Shown here piece by piece: positions 19,963 through 28,470 of a DNA stretch of 48,261 nucleotides. The DNA comes from Aquaticitalea sp. (GTDB taxonomy: Bacteria > Bacteroidota > Bacteroidia > Flavobacteriales > Flavobacteriaceae). The number at the start of each line of letters is the position of its first letter. Position 1 is the stretch's first letter. The notes beneath the pieces are model-generated. The model searched no databases, was not told where the DNA came from, and saw nothing but the letters and a program-made list of their open reading frames with translations. Where the stretch lies: assembly GCA_041748055.1 (NCBI GenBank), contig JBGTDZ010000034.1, positions 1 to 48,261 of the forward strand, given 5' to 3'. A program made the translations under genes and the position numbers.

Positions 19963-19967
19963 AATTC

Positions 19968-20456
19968 TTATATCGAAGTTTTTGTGATATTATTAGAATG
20001 CTTTACTACTTTATATAACATTATAACATTCGTTATTGTAAATAAAATCATCGGAATCTTTCTATAAATCATATCAGTTGATATAAGCCGTTCAATTAAT
20101 TCCCGAGAAAATCTTTGGTCAAGTTCGATTTGAATTGGTATTTGAATTGTTATTGTTGAAATCAAGGCTATTATTTTAAAGAGTAGTGCAAGTCCAACCA
20201 ACCACTTGCTTATAATCATTGGTCGAAACCAAAACAATAAAATCAGTGGGATGAAGGTTAAGAAAGTGGGAACAACAAATAGTGGAATAATGAGCGAACT
20301 GTCAACTTGATGAAATTTAGGAAATTCGTTTGCACCTACCCAAAGCCATGTGGGGTAGGCCACCAACGAGTTTACAATGCCTCCACCAAAAGCATAGAAA
20401 GCTAACAAAATATAGACAGAGAATACAATACTTGAAATTTTGTTATTATTAGCCAT
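19968..20456 (-). CDS. Four-helix membrane protein (DUF1772-like)
   Basis: Hydrophobic helices; VAYP.W..VG..EF..FH and T...QIP motifs. Confidence 0.6.
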   Translation of the reverse strand: MANNNKISSIVFSVYILLAFYAFGGGIVNSLVAYPTWLWVGANEFPKFHQVDSSLIIPLFVVPTFLTFIPLILLFWFRPMIISKWLVGLALLFKIIALISTITIQIPIQIELDQRFSRELIERLISTDMIYRKIPMILFTITNVIMLYKVVKHSNNITKTSI

Positions 20457-20511
20457 AGTATAATTTTAATATATCCTTTGTACGATTGTTTGTCTTACAT
20501 ACTGTCTTGTG

Positions 20512-20652
20512 ACTAACCGCTAAAGGATAACGGCTTGTCGATGTGGCGGATTTTTAGCACAAAAGTTAAATAGAAAAACTACCGTTGAATTTCGCACAAA
20601 TGTTTCATATAAACACTACAGCCACTATATTGCCAAACACCTGTTATGCGGT
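20512..20652. repeat. Cassette site 5 (attC-like)
   Basis: ACTAACCGCTAAA..GGCTTGTCGATGTGGC ... GCCACTATATTGCCAAACACCT GTTATGCGG; 124 nt; contains the stop codon of the methyltransferase. Confidence 0.8.
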
Positions 20653-21288
20653 CTTTTTTTTATTTGCTGTCAAAATTGTGTGTGTGTCAAATTCGTTTTC
20701 ATCTTTTTCATATTGCACTTTAAATACTTTAATTTTCTCAAAGTTGTTTTTTTGAAGTTGTTTAGTCAGGTCGTCTAAGTTGTAAAAATAAAAATATGTT
20801 CTATCGCCACTGCTACCAACTAGAAAGTCAGATTGACTTGGGTTTCCTTCAACAAAACTTATATAAATCAGTCCATTTTCATTTAGTAAATTGTAACAGT
20901 CAGCAATCAGTTTTTGGCTGTCTGTTTGAGACAGATAAGGTAAACAAAAACCACATATAATTCCGTCATATTTTGATTTAATTTCGTCAATGTATCTGCT
21001 GTCCATAATGCCGAATCTTGCAGTAGGATTGTTACTTTCGGCAAGTTCTATCATATTTGGCGCAATGTCAATTCCAAAAATATCAAAGTGTGGCCGTTTA
21101 GTTAAAAGATACTTTGTAATGTTCCCTGGTCCGCAACCAATTTCTAATATTTTGGCTTTGTCTTTAGTAATTGAGTTACAAAAAAAATCATAAGTGCCAT
21201 TATACAAGTCCAAGTCCATAAACTTCTCCTGATATAGCAAAGCAACTTTATTCCAAGTTTTAAATGTTTCTTTATATCTGTCGTCCAT
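20644..21288 (-). CDS. Class I SAM-dependent methyltransferase
   Basis: ILEIGCGPG and GIDIAP.MI motifs; start MDDRY (21288) preferred because the longer ORF starts inside site 6. Confidence 0.88.
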   Translation of the reverse strand: MDDRYKETFKTWNKVALLYQEKFMDLDLYNGTYDFFCNSITKDKAKILEIGCGPGNITKYLLTKRPHFDIFGIDIAPNMIELAESNNPTARFGIMDSRYIDEIKSKYDGIICGFCLPYLSQTDSQKLIADCYNLLNENGLIYISFVEGNPSQSDFLVGSSGDRTYFYFYNLDDLTKQLQKNNFEKIKVFKVQYEKDENEFDTHTILTANKKKTA

Positions 21289-21307
21289 AGTTGAGTTGTC
21301 TTTAAAA

Positions 21308-21446
21308 TGCCGCATAACGTTTTACCTGTTGCCGAAGTTGGCGATTTTCACCACAAATGTTGATGTGGACAACCAAGGTTTGATTGACCACAAATGTGTC
21401 TGCGGAGCAATGAACCTCCACTTTTGCCAAACCGCTGTTAGCTGCT
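21308..21446. repeat. Cassette site 6 (attC-like)
   Basis: CCGCATAAC..TTGCCGAAGTTGGCG ... CTCCACTTTTGCCAAACCGCT GTTAGCTGCT; 124 nt; both cores intact. Confidence 0.88.
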
Positions 21447-21532
21447 TGCATACTTTTTCCACGAAGTCGGTCAGCCCGAAGTCGGCAGAAAAGTTAGTTA
21501 GTAGCACTTCGTTTTTCAATGTCGTGTCAAGT

Positions 21533-21922
21533 TTATGGTGTTGGAATATTCTCTACTAACATTTCGTTTCCAGATTTGTCGTAGTAAGTGCAAGTCATTT
21601 TTGAAGTGTCAACCGTCCATTTCTCTACTCCTGATTTTGCACAGTCGCTACAAAATGTCGGATAGTTTGTTTGTCCGCGTTGGTGAGCTTTCAAATCAAT
21701 TTTGAACTGTTCAGCGTTTGATACTTCGGGAATAAGTAAAGTGTTATACTTTGCAGGTGTTGAAGACTTAAAATCGATTCCATGGTAATCCGTGTGTCCG
21801 TCTGAAACATAAGTTTCGTATCCGGTTACACCTAAATGTTTTATGTCTTTGATGTATGCAGGAAAGTCCGCACCTGATTTCATTTTGCTGTGAGCTGTTT
21901 TGATTTGTTCTAATGTAAACAT
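21533..21922 (-). CDS. DUF1398 family protein
   Basis: H..KSGADFP.Y...LGV..Y...V.DG, HQ.GQT.Y.TF and GV..W.VD...MTCTYYD motifs. Confidence 0.85.
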   Translation of the reverse strand: MFTLEQIKTAHSKMKSGADFPAYIKDIKHLGVTGYETYVSDGHTDYHGIDFKSSTPAKYNTLLIPEVSNAEQFKIDLKAHQRGQTNYPTFCSDCAKSGVEKWTVDTSKMTCTYYDKSGNEMLVENIPTP

Positions 21923-21943
21923 ATTTGCTTTTTTAAATTAATA

Positions 21944-22579
21944 TTACATTTTCTTTCTGTCTTTCGGTAACAAATTTCTTTCGTAAAAAATGTATGTTGT
22001 GTTTTCGTCCGCCATCCAGTCAATAAGTTTTAATATACCAACAATATTCAGAATAAGTCCGAGAGCAATGCCGATAAAGTAGTCGGTGCTTGTCGCAAGA
22101 TTGTTAGTATGAATAATTGAAACAAAATAAAAAGTACAAGGCACCAAAAGCAACCAACTTCTAGCCAAACATGCGTTGAAAAGCGTCTTGTCTTTTATAT
22201 TGAAAACAGTTGTATGAGCTGTTGCATTGCCAAAACAAACCATAATTGTAGCTATACCCAGCCAAAATGCTTTTTCTGCAAGGATAGCTGCAAGAAAATA
22301 TGATGTCCAGCCAATAACCACATTTACATAAAATGCTGTGTTGGTTTTTAAGGGGTATCGGTCAGGCAACTTACTGTTAAACATTACAGAGTTAATCAAG
22401 ACAGGGAAAGTCCCTGCAATTCGATACTCTTCTAATTGATGTAAAAAAAGGGAAACTAAACTACACCACATCAATGTCTGATAATTTGTCAAATTACTGT
22501 AGTTGATGTATACATAAAAACAAACAAGGGCAGAAAAAAAAGCACCTAAGTCATACCAGTTTTTGCGCAGTAAATTCAT
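21944..22579 (-). CDS. HXXEE domain membrane protein
   Basis: LHQLEEY motif in a multi-pass membrane protein. Confidence 0.85.
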   Translation of the reverse strand: MNLLRKNWYDLGAFFSALVCFYVYINYSNLTNYQTLMWCSLVSLFLHQLEEYRIAGTFPVLINSVMFNSKLPDRYPLKTNTAFYVNVVIGWTSYFLAAILAEKAFWLGIATIMVCFGNATAHTTVFNIKDKTLFNACLARSWLLLVPCTFYFVSIIHTNNLATSTDYFIGIALGLILNIVGILKLIDWMADENTTYIFYERNLLPKDRKKM

Positions 22580-22620
22580 TTTTTTTATTCCATATATTTT
22601 GTAGAAGTGTCGTCATAAAA

Positions 22621-22759
22621 ACAGCAGCTAATGTTTGATGTATAATTAGTCGCATGGTTAAGCAACTAAATTAGTGAAAATGGAATGAACCAGAGGAAAT
22701 TCTGAAGGAATTTCCAAGTAAGCTAGACCGAGCAATTAATTATAAACATTGTTAGGCCT
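22621..22759. repeat. Cassette site 7 (attC-like, second sequence family)
   Basis: AGCAGCTAAT..TGTATAATTAGTCGCATGGTT ... GACCGAGCAATTAATTATAAACATT GTTAGGCCT; inner hairpin GGAAATTC-TGAAG-GAATTTCC; 124 nt. Confidence 0.85.
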
Positions 22760-22870
22760 CGATGTTTAATTTTTATTATTTAATTTCGTAAAAACAGAGT
22801 ACCCAGTATTTAATGAATTTTAATAATTACTGAAATTAAAAAGTTAATTTGTTTCTGAAGTCGAAGTCAT

Positions 22871-23476
22871 ATGAGAATTTTAATATTTGCTTTAATCTTG
22901 ATTACTTCTTGCATATCCAATAAAAACAGAACTCTTAATACTTCTGAAGCAAAACAATATAATGAGAAAAATAATATGAGCAGCACAACCGTTTACAATT
23001 TTATCGAACAAGGTAAGGGCAAATGGCGTGTTCAGGACGACGTCGTTATGGGAGGGCGTTCAGATAGCCAGCTCAAAATGACGGAGGACAGCAGGGCAGA
23101 ATTTTCCGGTCGCATATCTCTTGAAAATAATGGTGGTTTTTGCTCGATTCATCAAACTTCGGAAGAGAACCCCTATGTGATTGCAGAAAATTACAAGGCA
23201 TTTGTACTCGTTTTGAAAGGAGATGGAAAGGATTATAACTTTCGGGTTAGAATGCCTAAAGGGCGTCACTCTTACGCGTTTACTTTTTCAACTGAAGAGG
23301 GAACCGATTGGGAAAGAATCATCATTCCATTTGATTTGATGGAAGCTACCTATCATGGTGAACCAGTGGACGTGCCCAATTACCAAGGTGAAAACGTAGT
23401 CGAATTGCAATTGCTGATTGGCAATAAAAAAGAAGAAACCTTTAAAATTCTTTTAGAATCTATTGAGGTTAGGTAG
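22871..23476 (+). CDS. CIA30 family lipoprotein (cassette gene in inverted orientation)
   Basis: W....D.VMGG.S, F.G..SLENNGGF.S, GDGK.Y and LIGNKK.E.F motifs; lipobox ITSC. Confidence 0.9.
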   Translation: MRILIFALILITSCISNKNRTLNTSEAKQYNEKNNMSSTTVYNFIEQGKGKWRVQDDVVMGGRSDSQLKMTEDSRAEFSGRISLENNGGFCSIHQTSEENPYVIAENYKAFVLVLKGDGKDYNFRVRMPKGRHSYAFTFSTEEGTDWERIIIPFDLMEATYHGEPVDVPNYQGENVVELQLLIGNKKEETFKILLESIEVR

Positions 23477-23515
23477 CCAAACCTTTCATTATTGCTCTTC
23501 ACTCAATTAATTTCA

Positions 23516-23707
23516 AATAAGGCATAACGTTTTGCGGTAAAATGAAGTTGCCGATTTAATCACACATTAATTATTTTTTAAAGGTGTTCATGATTTTCAA
23601 TTCGAAGCGCAAAACTATATGCCACCACTAAACTTGCCACGAAGCACAAAACTTAATTTAACCACTGAATCGCCAATTTCTTATAGGTTCTATTGTGCGT
23701 TCGGCTT
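23516..23707. repeat. Cassette site 8 (attC-like, long variant)
   Basis: AGGCATAAC..TAAAATGAAGTTGCCGATT ... AATCGCCAATTTCTTATA..ATTGTGCGTTCGGCTT; 169 nt; GTT changed to ATT. Confidence 0.8.
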
Positions 23708-23737
23708 ATTTTGTAACTTCTAAATAAAGTCAGTAAA

Positions 23738-25183
23738 TTAGTCCCTATAGTTTAACGCTGGTTTTCTGTCGCCAAGTAAAGCCTTATATTGATAATCGCC
23801 TTTTGATTGTATAAATTCTTCTTTTGCTTTTTTTATTAATTCAGGGCTTGTAAATAAATCAATTGCTGTGAACGCCATAGTTTTTGAAGCTACCATCATT
23901 CCTTTTATACCAATGTCTGTCCCACCGCAGGCAACAGCCTGCCAGCTATGTGCACTCGTACCAGGCACCCATGTTGCAGTTTCTACACCTACTGTTGGCA
24001 CTGTATAACTTACATCACCTACATCTGTTGAGCCTTGATTTTTTTCAATGTGCAGAGGTGCTATTACACTTGCATTATCTATTGAAGGAAATTTGCCCAG
24101 AAAGCTTGTTTGAATTTTTTTAGCAAAAACATTGTCTGCTGCAGTGTACATCACACCACCAGCTTTCTCTAAATTGGTTTGCATATTTACGGCAAGTGTT
24201 TTATTGATAAGCAGGTCGTGTGTACCACCAATTATTTCGTAATCCATTTTTGTTTCCGTACCAAGGGCAGCGCCTTCCGCAGCTTTTGTAATCCGTTCAA
24301 AAATGGATACTGCCATTGCTCTATCGGGGTGTCTTACATAGTAATAAACTTCGGCAAATTCAGGCACCACATTTGGAGCTTTACCGCCATTGGTAATTAC
24401 ATAATGAATTCGGGTTTCCTGTGGAAAATGTTCTCTCATCATGTTTACCATATTATTCATAGCCTCTACCGCATCTAATGCAGAACGACCTTTCTCAGGT
24501 GACGCAGAAGCATGTGATGCAATACCATAAAACCTAAACTTGGCAGATTTATTAGCCAATGCACTAGTATATGTTACTGTATTATGTTCATCCGGATGCC
24601 AATGTAGTACCACATCAACACTATTGAACAACCCTTCCCGAACCATATATACCTTTCCGCTTCCACCTTCTTCTGCCGGACAACCAAATAATTTAATTGT
24701 GCCTTTTATCTTTCCTGTTTCCAATAATTTTTTGATTGCAATACCTGTAGCTACAGAACCAGTACCAAACAAATGATGCCCACATGCATGTCCACTGTTT
24801 TTATTTAAGATTGGTGTTTTTGTAGATGAATTATCTTGTGATATTCCTGGTAAGGCATCATATTCTGCCAAAACACCAATTACAGGTGAACCGCTGCCAT
24901 AAGTTGCCACAAAGGCAGTAGGCATTCCAGCTACACCAGCTTCCACAGTAAATCCATTTTCCTTTAATGTTGTCTGCAACAATGTAGAACTTTTATTTTC
25001 TTTATATCCTAATTCTGCATAATCCCAAATGCTCAAAGCAATTTTTTTATAAGCATCATAACCCGATTGTAGGGTGGTAGCCGTTTCATTTTTTAAGGCA
25101 GCAATTGATTTTTTGTTATTGCTTTGAGCTAAACAATTGAATCCGATTGTCAGCGATAAAATGTAAGCAAAAATTAATTTCAT
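23738..25183 (-). CDS. M20 amidohydrolase, AbgB-like (p-aminobenzoyl-glutamate hydrolase subunit B family)
   Basis: AEYDALPG, GHACGH, PAEEGG, WHP, GRSALDA, GSTDVGDVS and HSWQ motifs; signal peptide. Confidence 0.88.
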   Translation of the reverse strand: MKLIFAYILSLTIGFNCLAQSNNKKSIAALKNETATTLQSGYDAYKKIALSIWDYAELGYKENKSSTLLQTTLKENGFTVEAGVAGMPTAFVATYGSGSPVIGVLAEYDALPGISQDNSSTKTPILNKNSGHACGHHLFGTGSVATGIAIKKLLETGKIKGTIKLFGCPAEEGGSGKVYMVREGLFNSVDVVLHWHPDEHNTVTYTSALANKSAKFRFYGIASHASASPEKGRSALDAVEAMNNMVNMMREHFPQETRIHYVITNGGKAPNVVPEFAEVYYYVRHPDRAMAVSIFERITKAAEGAALGTETKMDYEIIGGTHDLLINKTLAVNMQTNLEKAGGVMYTAADNVFAKKIQTSFLGKFPSIDNASVIAPLHIEKNQGSTDVGDVSYTVPTVGVETATWVPGTSAHSWQAVACGGTDIGIKGMMVASKTMAFTAIDLFTSPELIKKAKEEFIQSKGDYQYKALLGDRKPALNYRD

Positions 25184-25233
25184 ATAGTTTTTTTAAAATT
25201 GATGATTTTTTTCTCAATAATATGGTGTCTCTT

Positions 25234-25376
25234 AAGCTGACGCACAACGGTTGAGGCTATAAATGGTGGCGGTTTGCGTGGTTGTCCGCTGTCAACCAAC
25301 ACCAATGATGGTGAGGGTTACGAGCTTTCAGTTATATGCTTCACCCGCCATTTTTTATAGCCTTTGTTGGCGGTTC
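25234..25376. repeat. Cassette site 9 (attC-like, third sequence family)
   Basis: CACAAC GGTTG AGGCTATAAATGGTGGCGG ... CCGCCATTTTTTATAGCCT TT GTTGGCGGT; 123 nt; strongest stem, both cores intact. Confidence 0.9.
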
Positions 25377-25384
25377 GTTGTTTT

Positions 25385-26068
25385 TCACGCAATTTTATTT
25401 GTTGCAAATCCATTTTCAAGTTCTACTAGGTCAAGTTTAATAAAGTCCTGAAAATGTTGAGAACTTAAATGCGCTTTAAAAGCATGCTCGTCAGTAAAGC
25501 ATTCCCAAATTAATATTTTGGTTGGGTCTTCAATAGTTTGGTGTATGTCAAAAATCACGTTGCCTTTTTCAAGAATTGTAAGCTCTCTCAATTTTTTAAG
25601 CTCACTTTTTACGAGTGATATTTTTTCAAACTCTTTTATTCTTAAAATTCCTGTCGAATGGTATAAAGTTTCATTTTTTGGTGTCGGCTCTATCAAGTCC
25701 CAAAAATTTCCAAATATGTCTTCGAAAACTGCAACTGTTCCGTAAGTTTCAATACTTGGCTCTCTTACAATTTTAATCTGTTTGTCAAGCAAATTTTGAT
25801 AATCTCGTTCAAAGTTGTCAGTTTGTAGGAAAAGAAAAACTCTCCCGCCTGTTTGATTTCCAATTCTGCTTATTTGTTCTTGGTTTACGCCTTTGGCTAA
25901 TAATAAAGAACATTCATTTGCTCCTTTTGGTGTTACAAGAACCCACCTTTTGGTTTCTGATAAAATTGTGTCTTCTGTCAGCGAGAATTGAAGTTTTTGG
26001 GTATAAAATTCTATCGCTTTGTCATAGTCGTCAACAACAATTGCAATATGAGTTAAATTCTGTTTCAT
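25385..26068 (-). CDS. VOC/glyoxalase domain fused to an antibiotic biosynthesis monooxygenase (ABM)-like domain
   Basis: VDDYD.AI.FY..L.F, GNQTGGRVFLFL.TD and YG.VAVFED..GN.WDL, then E.GN..F.I.Q..DP....WE.F....AF..H..S.HF. Confidence 0.85.
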   Translation of the reverse strand: MKQNLTHIAIVVDDYDKAIEFYTQKLQFSLTEDTILSETKRWVLVTPKGANECSLLLAKGVNQEQISRIGNQTGGRVFLFLQTDNFERDYQNLLDKQIKIVREPSIETYGTVAVFEDIFGNFWDLIEPTPKNETLYHSTGILRIKEFEKISLVKSELKKLRELTILEKGNVIFDIHQTIEDPTKILIWECFTDEHAFKAHLSSQHFQDFIKLDLVELENGFATNKIA

Positions 26069-26111
26069 TCTATCTGTCCAAATTGTTTTTTGCTAGTCTT
26101 TCGGATGCTTT

Positions 26112-26150
26112 CACAATTACCGACAACTCTTTAATATACGCAAACTAAAG
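26112..26150 (-). other. attI-like primary recombination site
   Basis: Minus strand TTTGCGTATATTAAAGA G/TTGTCGGT; GTTGTCGGT matches GTTGGCGGT at the other end of the first cassette (8/9); no palindromic partner on the integrase side. Confidence 0.7.
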
Positions 26151-26240
26151 AGATGAAATATATTTAAAAGTTTGATTTTTAATTTTTTAGTGTTGTTTTT
26201 GCTGTGTTTTACCACATATGTTAAAAATAAAAAAAATGAA

Positions 26241-26423
26241 CTATAAATTATCCAACGAACTAATTATTTTTCTTAATTTTTGATACTGAGCCGTATAGCG
26301 CAGGATTGTTTTAATATCCTTGTGCCCTAGAAAATCATGGATGAAACGGACGTCGGTGCCTTGTTCTAATAAATGGGTGGCATAACTTTGCCGCAACAAA
26401 AAACAAGTGTATGGAGCAGCCAT
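26241..26423 (-). pseudogene. C-terminal remnant of a tyrosine recombinase (XerD / integron-integrase-like)
   Basis: LRQSYATHLLEQGTD.R.I..FLGH.DIKT..RYT...ISSLDNL: box II with catalytic R, H and Y plus a decayed SPLD.L tail; upstream part missing. Confidence 0.85.
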
Positions 26424-26707
26424 AGATAAGCCGTATATGTTATTCTTTTTAATCCTTCAAAGCCAATACTTAAACAAGATGAGCGCAGCAGACAGAGTCA
26501 TAATTTGAACGTATAATTAAATCATCCTTATTACGTTTTACGCCACATGAGTCAATCTATCCACACCAACAAATTGCTAAGGATTGAAGTTTCAGTTCAT
26601 CACTAGATAATTTAAGCCATATGTATGTTAACATAACTTATGAAAGCCCGAAGTTCTTTACCCATAAATTACTAAAAACAATTCCCCAAAACTCTATATA
26701 AATTTTG

Positions 26708-26715
26708 TAAATTTG
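26708..26715 (+). promoter_or_regulatory. -7 promoter element upstream of pyrG
   Basis: TAAATTTG matches TAnnTTTG, about 20 nt before the ATG. Confidence 0.6.
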
Positions 26716-26726
26716 CCTGCGTTTAA

Positions 26727-28379
<1,653 letters not shown>

Positions 28380-28470
28380 TGGTTGCATTTTTACATAATC
28401 AAAGTCAAATTCATTCCCATAGTTTACAGACTATGGAAACTAAATAATTACCATCCAGAAACATTCATTC

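Larger units (their letters stand above)
13682..26650 (-). mobile_element. Integron-like gene cassette array (10 segments, 9 palindromic sites, attI-like site, integrase remnant)
   Basis: Unrelated co-oriented genes separated by AAC...GTT imperfect palindromes; the two ends of each cassette match each other; tyrosine recombinase remnant at the proximal end; right boundary approximate. Confidence 0.85.

Noticed and set aside
16186-25376. CRISPR array or REP/MITE interpretation of the repeated sites
   Set aside because: The repeats are long, divergent and separated by whole genes, and there are no cas genes. End matching across cassettes rather than within each site argues against independently inserted MITEs.
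26128-26240. Cassette promoter (Pc equivalent) between the integrase and the attI-like site
   Set aside because: No exact TAnnTTTG found on the minus strand; cannot be supported from sequence.
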